Origin: a virus
Taxonomy: Duplodnaviria > Caudoviricetes
IMG/VR virus record: IMGVR_UViG_3300033076_000737
Location: 1 to 25,255 of that record
DNA: 25,255 bases
Reading direction: 5' to 3' (one strand)
The stretch's first letter is position 1. Each line of letters opens with the position of its first letter. This document shows, piece after piece, positions 7,601-15,265 of this stretch. The notes beneath the pieces are model-generated. The model ran no database searches and was not told the origin of the DNA. It was given only the letters and a program-made list of their open reading frames with translations. The translations under genes and the position numbers were made by a program.

Positions 7601-7909
7601 ATGAAGCGTTGTAACGATTGTGCGGATCGTGTAGTGGATACAGATGCGATCTGTACTGGTTGCCGTATGGCAGAGTGGAGAGACCAACAGGAGCAGGCAC
7701 GGCAGGCACGAGAGAAGGCTTATGCGCTGGAAGCTCATCGGGCTGCATATCTGAGCCGCAAGAAGGCTATTCGGGACAGCATCAAGGCTGGTGTTATTGC
7801 CGCGATTGGCTTCTTGCTTTTCCTTGCATTGTTCCAAGCCACGAAGGATGCCATGCGGTACGAATGGGAAACAAAACCTGCACTGCTCAGGGCACAAGGA
7901 GTCCGTTGA
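7601..7909 (+). CDS. Hypothetical protein: N-terminal CxxC/CxxC zinc ribbon, coiled coil, one TM helix
   Basis: CNDC...CTGC, hydrophobic GVIAAIGFLLFLALF, GGGAGA RBS. Confidence 0.7.
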   Translation: MKRCNDCADRVVDTDAICTGCRMAEWRDQQEQARQAREKAYALEAHRAAYLSRKKAIRDSIKAGVIAAIGFLLFLALFQATKDAMRYEWETKPALLRAQGVR

Positions 7910-8727
7910 CACCAAGACCAACGACTATACGACAGACGCTCCGGAAGCTGAGAGAAGCCCCGGAGCGTTTGTTGTCTCACGATGAGATGGTACTCCTTCA
8001 TCATGCTTGGTCTGCTGGCATCCATTCAGATGATTGCCTTGATGCTATGATTCGCCATAACTATGCTTTTATCAGGGAAGTCTGCAAGGTCATCAAGCAC
8101 AAGGAACACTTCACAGATGCTTGCCAGTACTGCGTTGATGGTCTTATCAGAGCAATAGAAAAGTGGGAACCTGAGCGTGGGTTGAGGTTCTCAACTTATG
8201 CTCATCCTTGGATCTATCAGAAGCTCAGACGCTACCAAAGCAACCAATACAGAACTATCCGGATTGCTGAACACGCATTGGTCAAGTGGCACAAGTTAAA
8301 GCGGCATTACGTCATCCTTGAACTCGAACTCAAGCGACCACCGACAGATGAGGAACTATCCGAGCGTAGTGGGATGAGCCTTGAGACAATAGACATCTGC
8401 CGTACCGCAGCAGGCATTGAACCAGTCAGCATGGACACTCCGGTACAAGGTTCTGAGCTTGTCTTAGGTGATACTGCTGTTTTTGGTAGCACTCAATCAG
8501 CCGAGGATGAATATCTATCCGAGATTGAAGAAGGAAGCCTGACCGAAGCACTCAGCAAGATGGACGATGAGACACGGCAGATGCTGGTGTTGCACTATGG
8601 CTTAGATGGACGTGTACCGCAGACGATACACATGGTGGCCAGTCGTTACCGTATACCGCCTGTAGTGGTCAAACAAAGGCTCACAGAGGCATTGCAAAGA
8701 TTGAAGGAAACCTATGAAGCATCTTGA
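7906..8727 (+). CDS. Phage-encoded sigma-70-family RNA polymerase sigma factor
   Basis: Region 2 GLIRAIEKWEPERGLRFSTYA, region 3 LKRPPTDEELS, region 4 LHYGLDG. TTG start overlapping the upstream stop, with AAGGAG RBS. Confidence 0.9.
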   Translation: MTPRPTTIRQTLRKLREAPERLLSHDEMVLLHHAWSAGIHSDDCLDAMIRHNYAFIREVCKVIKHKEHFTDACQYCVDGLIRAIEKWEPERGLRFSTYAHPWIYQKLRRYQSNQYRTIRIAEHALVKWHKLKRHYVILELELKRPPTDEELSERSGMSLETIDICRTAAGIEPVSMDTPVQGSELVLGDTAVFGSTQSAEDEYLSEIEEGSLTEALSKMDDETRQMLVLHYGLDGRVPQTIHMVASRYRIPPVVVKQRLTEALQRLKETYEAS

Positions 8728-9073
8728 AGACCGGGAGCAGATAGCCCTTATCACTTGGGTACGGTTGATGGAGTCCAAGCACCCTGAGCTTGCCACGATC
8801 TATCATTGTCCTAACGGTGGGCATAGGGATATTCGGACAGCTGCAAAGTTTAAGGCAATGGGTGTGAAGGCTGGTGTCTGGGATATTTTCCTTCCTGCAC
8901 CTTTACCGGGTCTTTACATTGAAATGAAGGCAGGCAAGGGCAGGCTAACACCGGGACAGGTTGCCTTCAGGGAAGCGTTGGAACCACATGGGTATAAGTT
9001 TGCGGTGGCTTACTCTTGGCATGAAGCCGCACAGGCAATAGCCGAACACGTTGGTTTCACCTTTGATGTATAA
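8714..9073 (+). CDS. VRR-NUC domain (PD-(D/E)XK) nuclease, resolvase-like
   Basis: E..EQ..L..W, HCPNGG, GVKAGVWD, YIEMK.GKGRLT..Q..F motifs. Confidence 0.85.
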   Translation: MKHLEDREQIALITWVRLMESKHPELATIYHCPNGGHRDIRTAAKFKAMGVKAGVWDIFLPAPLPGLYIEMKAGKGRLTPGQVAFREALEPHGYKFAVAYSWHEAAQAIAEHVGFTFDV

Positions 9074-9076
9074 TGT

Positions 9077-9174
9077 GAGTGAACCTATCCTTCAAGGTTT
9101 GGCTTTGCCAGCCCCCGGCTGATCCCCGGGGGTTTCCCTGAGGTAGGTATCTTGAAGGAATAAATAGGTGACTC
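9077..9174 (+). promoter_or_regulatory. Structured leader upstream of the primase
   Basis: TATAAT at 9069-9074. Long-range pairs ACCTAT/ATAGGT and CCTTCAAG/CTTGAAGG enclose two inner hairpins and cover the RBS. Confidence 0.5.
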
Positions 9175-9175
9175 C

Positions 9176-10045
9176 ATGGCTATACCAGCCACGGATGCCG
9201 GGATGGCTATTGCCTTCCTTAGGCATCTATTCAAGCCGTATCAAGACGGTTTTATCGAGATCCGACCTCTCTCAAAGGTCAAGCCCCACGCTAACCGCAC
9301 CACCTACAGGCTGCCCCATTGCCTCAAAGGTGAAGAAGGGCAAGCCCTGACACAGCACATCATGAGCCTTGCGATGCGTGGCTATGATGTTTATGTTGGT
9401 GTGTGTCCAAGGGTTGCTCCTGAAGGGCCGGGGCGCAAGCTCGGCAAAGATTCCATTGAACAGGTTGGGGCAATGTGGGTAGACCTTGATGCCAAAGTAC
9501 CGGGGAGCAGTCAAGGATTACTTGATGGGTGCGACATAGTCGTAAGTACTGGCAACGGTTGGCACGGCTACAAGGTAGCACCAAGCCCTGCTAGAGTATC
9601 AAGCACTAGAGACAGGACAGCGATAGAAGCCAAGGTGCGAAGCTTTGCAAACAGCATCCTAACCGGAACCGATAACGTATCTAACGTTGATCGCATTCTG
9701 CGGGTTCCAGGAACCATCAACTGGAAGGAACCTGACAACCCTAAGCCAGTCGTGATGCTAAAGGGCGGCGGTATCAAACCAACCTATAAGCAATCCTTCA
9801 TAGTTCAACACCTTGGCGATGAACGGCTAGATGCTCTGCTCGCTTCCGCTAAACAAGGGCAGCTTGGAAGGGCTGAACCCCGGATACGTCATGCAAGCGG
9901 TAGGATAACCGACCTGCTAGATGTTTTCTTTCTTGAAGCCGAGGAAGCCTGTATGGCGTTTGAAACTGATTCACGCTGGGAATATAGGCTAAACATTGTG
10001 AAGGCAGACCTGCCTGAGATTTTGGAGTACTTTTTCAATGGATGA
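9176..10045 (+). CDS. RepB-type (AEP superfamily) DNA primase domain protein
   Basis: VYVGVCPR, WVDLD, STGNGWHGY and RILRVPGTINWK motifs. Confidence 0.8.
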   Translation: MAIPATDAGMAIAFLRHLFKPYQDGFIEIRPLSKVKPHANRTTYRLPHCLKGEEGQALTQHIMSLAMRGYDVYVGVCPRVAPEGPGRKLGKDSIEQVGAMWVDLDAKVPGSSQGLLDGCDIVVSTGNGWHGYKVAPSPARVSSTRDRTAIEAKVRSFANSILTGTDNVSNVDRILRVPGTINWKEPDNPKPVVMLKGGGIKPTYKQSFIVQHLGDERLDALLASAKQGQLGRAEPRIRHASGRITDLLDVFFLEAEEACMAFETDSRWEYRLNIVKADLPEILEYFFNG

Positions 10046-11360
10046 TTTCTGGGATATCCCCATCATTCCGGATGCAAAGCCGGAGCGCAAAGACCGTCAA
10101 CGTGGTGAACCTGATAGTGATGGAACGCTTGCAAAGCTCTACCAAAAGCACCCTGAGGGTGGTGGACCATACGGTGGCAGGGATAACGCCATAACTGCTT
10201 ATGTCGGGTATTTACGATCTACACGCATTGACTACACAGCTGGACTCGCTGCGGCTAGGGCTTTCAATAGCGAGTGGTTAGATCCACCGTTACAGGATTG
10301 GGAAGTTGGTGACAAAGTCGGACGTGCTTGGGCTGAATGGGATGAAGGTGTACGGGAGTTGTACACACAGCAGATGGCGGCATCTGAGCTTCTAGCAGAC
10401 AAACTCAAATCACTCGAACCAAAGGAAGACCCAGTCTTTGAAATATGGGACTGGTGGCGATTTAAAGAAGAGGGCATGAACTGCCCCGAAGAAGACTGGA
10501 TTGTGGACAACATGATAATCCACAAGGGCTTGCACTTTATCGCCGCAGGTTCGGGCTCAGGGAAGTCGTGGCTTGGTATTGATCTAGCCATTGCCTGTGC
10601 TTCTGGTAGACCTTGGTGTAACTTTATTGAGACAAACCGAGCAAAGGTTTTGTACATCAATGAAGAGATTGAAAAAAAGAGATTTTGGGGCCGCTTCTGC
10701 ATGATGCATGAAGACGATATACCAAACCTCCATGTCATACAGAAACAAAACACTAAAGTAGACAGGCCTTTCTATGTTGAGAAGTTAGTTCAATACATAA
10801 AGGAACACGAAATACGGTTAGTGATTATTGATACTTTTGTCCGTGTACACAGTATGGACGAGAACGACAATGGAGCAGTGGCTAAACTCTATGATCGGTT
10901 TCACGAGCTTATTGATGCAGGGGCTGCGGTCATTGTCTTGCATCACAACAAGAAGGCTGCACCCGGTACAGCTATTACTCAGGACAGTATGCGTGGAGCC
11001 TCTGATTTAGCCGCACAAGCCGACATGGTGCTGACTATCAACCACGACATCGAAGCCAAGACATATGACGTGCGTACGGTCAAACACAGGCATATCGGAG
11101 AAGATGAGTGGGTTCACTTTGTATACAAGTTGAATGTTGACACTCCAGGGAAGATTGCCATTGAGCAGATAACGAGTGCTGGTTCTGAATCAGAGGTGTT
11201 AGATCGGATTGTTCAATACGTGACAGACAATCCCGGGAAGACCAAAAATGGTATCTGTGCTGGCATAAAGAAAGGCAGAAACTTAGTGTGGGAAACGATA
11301 GCCGATGCCGTGACTTTGCAGCTCATTGAGTGCCGTGAAGGGAAGTATTACAGGCGTTAA
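10038..11360 (+). CDS. AAA_25/RecA-family (RepA-like) helicase with N-terminal PriCT-1-like domain
   Basis: GGRDNA...FN...DPPL...EV (PriCT-like), Walker A AGSGSGKS, VLYINEE, Walker B LVIIDT, LHH.KK and MRGAS. Confidence 0.85.
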   Translation: MDDFWDIPIIPDAKPERKDRQRGEPDSDGTLAKLYQKHPEGGGPYGGRDNAITAYVGYLRSTRIDYTAGLAAARAFNSEWLDPPLQDWEVGDKVGRAWAEWDEGVRELYTQQMAASELLADKLKSLEPKEDPVFEIWDWWRFKEEGMNCPEEDWIVDNMIIHKGLHFIAAGSGSGKSWLGIDLAIACASGRPWCNFIETNRAKVLYINEEIEKKRFWGRFCMMHEDDIPNLHVIQKQNTKVDRPFYVEKLVQYIKEHEIRLVIIDTFVRVHSMDENDNGAVAKLYDRFHELIDAGAAVIVLHHNKKAAPGTAITQDSMRGASDLAAQADMVLTINHDIEAKTYDVRTVKHRHIGEDEWVHFVYKLNVDTPGKIAIEQITSAGSESEVLDRIVQYVTDNPGKTKNGICAGIKKGRNLVWETIADAVTLQLIECREGKYYRR

Positions 11361-11362
11361 AA

Positions 11363-11422
11363 GGTGTACTGAAAATGTGTATCCCCTTAAGAATATTTAT
11401 TAGTACACATTTGAAATACACC
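11363..11422. repeat. 19-bp imperfect inverted repeat around an AT-rich spacer (candidate replication origin)
   Basis: GGTGTACTGAAAATGTGTA / TACACATTTGAAATACACC (16/19) with a 22-bp spacer, immediately after the helicase. Confidence 0.5.
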
Positions 11423-11542
11423 CCCCTCTCTCAGACTCTCACCCCCCAGCCCGAAAAGGGCTGGTTGGGGGAACGATAGGGCGAACCGTGTACCTGCCGC
11501 TAAGGCGGCGGTACAGGTATCGCCAAGAAAGAAGAAAGACAA

Positions 11543-11881
11543 ATGGAAAGACAAAAGAAAGTGCCGATGAACTGGGAACAGCTACAGGCCTACGTGATGG
11601 AAGAACGCAAAGACCCTAAGTGGGAACAGCGATGGCATGGTGTACGTGCGTGGTTGTTGTATGGTGGTAAGGTTTCGCTGGATCGATGGGTGCGCCGAGA
11701 TGACAGAGAAACCTACCTGCGACTCAAAGATGGAAAGGTAGTGCTTGTTCACTGGGACGGTACATGGCAACCATTCTGCACTCTTGATGGTCTTTGCAAA
11801 TATGACACTTATGTCATGATTCCGCATGACTATGCTGGCTTTGAGAAAGTCTATAAGGGGCGGCTCAAAAAAAGTGTTTGA
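11543..11881 (+). CDS. Hypothetical protein, possibly a divergent DUF2829-like domain (paralogue 4)
   Basis: WHGVRAWLLYGGKVSLDRW...YLRLKDGKVVL...WQP..LDGL parallels the DUF2829 layout but lacks a clean DW. Confidence 0.55.
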   Translation: MERQKKVPMNWEQLQAYVMEERKDPKWEQRWHGVRAWLLYGGKVSLDRWVRRDDRETYLRLKDGKVVLVHWDGTWQPFCTLDGLCKYDTYVMIPHDYAGFEKVYKGRLKKSV

Positions 11882-11907
11882 CAGGTCATACCCTTACGGT
11901 ATATATT
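11878..11907 (+). promoter_or_regulatory. Host sigma-70-type promoter upstream of the SSB-like gene
   Basis: TTGACA (11878-11883) followed by TATATA (N16) or TATATT (N18). Confidence 0.55.
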
Positions 11908-11956
11908 CTGTGTGGCAATAGTGCCGACAGACGAGCCAGTGGCTCAAGGAGTAACA

Positions 11957-12442
11957 ATGGGATTTTTTGCACAGCATGGGAAGTTCTCGGAAGGCAGCGG
12001 GAAAAAGTACAGCGTAGCAGAAGCAGGCATCTACGCCTGTGCGCTGATTGACTGCGAAGCAACGCAGGGCAAGTCATTCGACAACCCAGACGTAATGGAG
12101 CCTAACTTTAAGTGGATTTTCGAGACCACTGAGGTAGGCGATGAAGATGGCCAGCCATTCCGCTTTGTACAGTTCACAAAGACCTTTTATGGCAACGAGC
12201 GGGCAAAGCTCACAATCCTGCTCGATGGCATGGTTGGTCGCATGACGGCTCAACAGTTCCAAGCACTTGACATTGATGGACTCAAAGCCAAGCCATGGCA
12301 GGTGGTGGTTGGAACCCGGCAAAAGATGAACGGTGAACTGACAAACATCATCGAAACCGTAAAGCCTGTCAAGGTTGCAGCTACAAAGCCACTGAAAAAA
12401 GTAGTGCAGGAAGATATCACCGACCCGTTTGAAGATGCATAG
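11957..12442 (+). CDS. Putative single-stranded DNA-binding protein (DUF669-like)
   Basis: AGIY.C..ID.E N-terminal motif and acidic ...DPFEDA tail. ATG 11957 with AAGGAG RBS. Confidence 0.6.
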   Translation: MGFFAQHGKFSEGSGKKYSVAEAGIYACALIDCEATQGKSFDNPDVMEPNFKWIFETTEVGDEDGQPFRFVQFTKTFYGNERAKLTILLDGMVGRMTAQQFQALDIDGLKAKPWQVVVGTRQKMNGELTNIIETVKPVKVAATKPLKKVVQEDITDPFEDA

Positions 12443-12502
12443 TAACGGGTAACTTGTAATCGGGGGCAGGGTAACCTGCCTCCATCTTGGGAGATAAAGA
12501 CA

Positions 12503-12838
12503 ATGAAACAAACTAACCAAAGCCTCGCAGAAGCCATCAAAGAGATGGCACAGCACGTCATCAATGTACAGCGTGATTCTTTTGCAGTCATCGACTGCCC
12601 GCTACACATTCAGGTATCCAGCGACCATTCTGAAATCCATATGCGTAAAGGTGCGCTGCACCTCATGGTTGCCATAACTGGCGATGATGCTGGTATCTAC
12701 GACTGCAACTCCATGGGCTACGCTGTCCAGAATCCTTACTGGATTGGTTCACTCAAGCCAGCTGATGTGATTGCAGATATCTGGGCAGTAGCCTACGAAG
12801 TAGACAAAATCATGTCACGGGAAGTGGTGCTCGTTTGA
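12503..12838 (+). CDS. Hypothetical protein (111 aa)
   Basis: GGGAGATAAAGACA-ATG. Coupled to the next gene. Confidence 0.7.
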   Translation: MKQTNQSLAEAIKEMAQHVINVQRDSFAVIDCPLHIQVSSDHSEIHMRKGALHLMVAITGDDAGIYDCNSMGYAVQNPYWIGSLKPADVIADIWAVAYEVDKIMSREVVLV

Positions 12839-13071
12839 CCGGGCATTACCGGACATCCCAGATTCAGGCCCTCAGCGTCATTGACGACTGGGGGCTGGAC
12901 TTTGCAACAGGGAATGTCCTCAAATACATCCAACGAATGCCACACAAAGGTACACCTAACGCCGACAGCATCAAGGCACTCTGGTATTTGGCTTATGCCA
13001 TCACTAGGGACGTTGCCTTTGCTGATCGGATTGCAAGCGAAGCGGGGGAGATAAATGGCGAGACCAAGTGA
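12835..13071 (+). CDS. DUF3310 (SaV-like / T7 gp1.7-like) protein
   Basis: HY...I.A..VI.DW.LDF..GNVLKYI.R...K....D..KA.WYL signature. Confidence 0.8.
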   Translation: MTGHYRTSQIQALSVIDDWGLDFATGNVLKYIQRMPHKGTPNADSIKALWYLAYAITRDVAFADRIASEAGEINGETK

Positions 13072-13465
13072 GAGCGTTGCATATGGCATCGCAAAACGAA
13101 AGTTACTGCTGGAACGCTGGGATGAGCTTGTAGCAATGGGTATGCCACAAGCACAGGCATCCAAAGAGATTGGTTACAACTACTCCACGGTAAAGGTTTG
13201 GCTTGCTAATCGACAGGTCGAGCAGTTGAAAGAAGAAGATGCCAAACGGCTAACAATGGCTGGTGGTTCCTTCTCGGCTGCCCTTGAACGCCTCAGAGCG
13301 GGACAGGCGGTACGAAGACACGGAGCTTCTTGGTTCCTTGAGTTGGTAGATGGCAAGATATGCCTGTACCTGATTGATGGTGCTGGTAATCGACGTTACA
13401 GCAGGGTGGCATCTTTCGGATCCGCTGATGTCTTGGCTACCGACTGGGAGATATACCAACCATGA
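13055..13465 (+). CDS. HTH + DUF2829/Tad2-like fusion protein (paralogue 2)
   Basis: N-terminal GMPQAQASKEIGYNYSTVKVWL (HTH). C-terminal SFSAALERLRAGQAVRRHG...ADVLATDWEIY. Confidence 0.7.
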   Translation: MARPSESVAYGIAKRKLLLERWDELVAMGMPQAQASKEIGYNYSTVKVWLANRQVEQLKEEDAKRLTMAGGSFSAALERLRAGQAVRRHGASWFLELVDGKICLYLIDGAGNRRYSRVASFGSADVLATDWEIYQP

Positions 13466-14091
13466 CAAAGCTTATCTGGATTACACCGGAAGCGGAGAAT
13501 GTCATCGGATACTGCGCCAGAGTTTCCAATCCAAAGAACCAAGATAACCCAGACGTATCCCGGTTACTGTCCTACTGCATCAAGCACGGTCATTGGTCAA
13601 TCTTTGAGATGGCTTCAATGTGCGTTGAGATAAAGACAACCCGTGCTATTGCTCCGCAGATTCTTAGGCATCGGTCATTCTCTTTCCAAGAATTCAGCCA
13701 AAGGTACGCAACGGTTACGGAATATCCTGATGTTCCACAGTTTAGATTAGCAGGAACAACAAATCGACAAAGCTCAATACCAATAGAAGATTATGCGGCC
13801 CTGCCGTTTAGTGTCTGGGAAACAATCAACTCTGCCTGCCTTGCAGTCAATGAAGCCATCGATGCATATGATGCTCTTATCAAGGCTGGCATTGCTGCGG
13901 AGACGGCAAGAATGGTTTTGCCTCTTTGCACACCAACAACCATGTATATGAGCGGCACGATACGGTCTTGGATCCATTACGTGCAGCTACGAACGCAGGA
14001 AGACACACAACTGGAACACAGACAGATTGCAGAGTCCATCAAGGCTTTGATGGTTCAGCATCTGCCAATAACAATGGGAGTAATAGGATGA
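13462..14091 (+). CDS. thyX: Flavin-dependent thymidylate synthase
   Basis: GHWSIFE, RHRSFSFQEFSQRY motif, ETARMVLP, TQLEHR. Confidence 0.97.
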   Translation: MTKLIWITPEAENVIGYCARVSNPKNQDNPDVSRLLSYCIKHGHWSIFEMASMCVEIKTTRAIAPQILRHRSFSFQEFSQRYATVTEYPDVPQFRLAGTTNRQSSIPIEDYAALPFSVWETINSACLAVNEAIDAYDALIKAGIAAETARMVLPLCTPTTMYMSGTIRSWIHYVQLRTQEDTQLEHRQIAESIKALMVQHLPITMGVIG

Positions 14092-14327
14092 GATTCGGAG
14101 AAGTGATACAAGACTTGATGGAAGGTGGCAGTAAAGCCGTATTGCGTAGCGAATGGGGAGAAGCGGTATTTCTGCGGTACTCCGAGCTTTGGAATATCTT
14201 TGAACTGCACGAGCCAGGCGGAAGGGTGACGCAGCTGGAAGAACTAAGCCTTTCACCCGGTGACCTTTTCGCTACTGATTGGGATATCGTTACTTTAGAT
14301 CCACGGACAGGCAAGGTGACTGAATGA
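14088..14327 (+). CDS. DUF2829 / Tad2-like protein (paralogue 3)
   Basis: MRFGEVIQDLMEGG.KAVLRSEW...GDLFATDWDIV. ATGA overlap with the thyX stop and GGGAG RBS. Confidence 0.65.
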   Translation: MRFGEVIQDLMEGGSKAVLRSEWGEAVFLRYSELWNIFELHEPGGRVTQLEELSLSPGDLFATDWDIVTLDPRTGKVTE

Positions 14328-14530
14328 TACTTTTTGCACTCGGTGTCCTGCTTGGTGCGGGATGCTTGGCGGTATATAACGAGATGTATACACGTTGGCT
14401 ATACAAAGACGTAAAGCGTAGAGCGAAACAACAAGGCATCAGCGACGACAAGATGAAGGCTGCCTTACTTTGGGCATCTAACGAAGTCATAAAGGAGAAT
14501 GTAGATGGCAGCACAACCCGGAGCAGGTAG
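14324..14530 (+). CDS. Small protein with N-terminal membrane anchor
   Basis: MILFALGVLLGAGCLAVY hydrophobic N-terminus. ATGA coupling. Confidence 0.65.
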   Translation: MILFALGVLLGAGCLAVYNEMYTRWLYKDVKRRAKQQGISDDKMKAALLWASNEVIKENVDGSTTRSR

Positions 14531-14870
14531 ACCTACCAAGTACACAGAACAGACCGTAACAAAGCTTCTGGAGGCTCTGCGGGGTGGTAACACCCGTAGG
14601 GCTTCCTGTGCTGTTGCTAACATCTCGCAGGATACTCTTGCCGTTTGGCTCAAAGATAAGCCGGAATTTTCGGACGCTGTAGAAAAAGCCGAGGGTGAAG
14701 CCGAGGCAAAGATGGTATCCGTCATCAAGTTGGCATCTGATACGACATGGCAAGCGGCTGCATGGTGGCTTGAACGCAAACACAAGGCCGAGTGGTCAAG
14801 CAGGGTCGAACAAACCGGGGCAGACGGTAGCCCGGTCAAGGTCATCGTGGAGTACGCTGATAAGCCATGA
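14505..14870 (+). CDS. terS: Terminase small subunit
   Basis: GRPTKYT...HTH...W....PEF.DAV..A, WQAAAWWLERK and TGADG.PVKV tail. Upstream of TerL. Confidence 0.75.
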   Translation: MAAQPGAGRPTKYTEQTVTKLLEALRGGNTRRASCAVANISQDTLAVWLKDKPEFSDAVEKAEGEAEAKMVSVIKLASDTTWQAAAWWLERKHKAEWSSRVEQTGADGSPVKVIVEYADKP

Positions 14871-15265
14871 CAGATATACGGTTTCACGGAGTCAAGCCTA
14901 CAAGGGCTACAAAGCATTCTGCCGGGTACGATCTACGCTCACAGATGGACATCATCATTCCGGCTGGTGCTACCGTAGGCATTGACACGGGTACACTTGC
15001 CATCTTCCCACCGCACCTCTGCGCTATGGTCTGCTCTCGCTCTGGTCTTGCCTTGCGTGGTCTTGCTGTGGCTAACGCTCCAGGCATCATTGATGCTGAC
15101 TACGGAGACACCATCAAAGTTCTACTGCACAATCGCACCCAAGGTGATTGGGTTATTGAGAAGGGCGAGCGTATCGCTCAGGTTGTCTTTGTGCAGTACT
15201 TCACGGGTGACGATGTACCGCTAGAAGACCGTGTTGGCGGGTTAGGGTCTACTGGCGTTGCCTGA
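14867..15265 (+). CDS. dut: Trimeric dUTPase
   Basis: All five motifs: AGYDL, RSGLA, GIIDADYG, GERIAQ, R..GLGSTG. Confidence 0.97.
   Translation: MTDIRFHGVKPTRATKHSAGYDLRSQMDIIIPAGATVGIDTGTLAIFPPHLCAMVCSRSGLALRGLAVANAPGIIDADYGDTIKVLLHNRTQGDWVIEKGERIAQVVFVQYFTGDDVPLEDRVGGLGSTGVA

Noticed and set aside
7618-7905. N-terminal extension of the sigma ORF (369-aa version)
   Set aside because: It overlaps the 7601-7909 gene. TTG 7906 has an RBS and stop-start coupling.
13926-14087. N-terminal extension of the 133-aa ORF
   Set aside because: It lies inside thyX. The real start is ATG 14088, where the DUF2829-like pattern begins.
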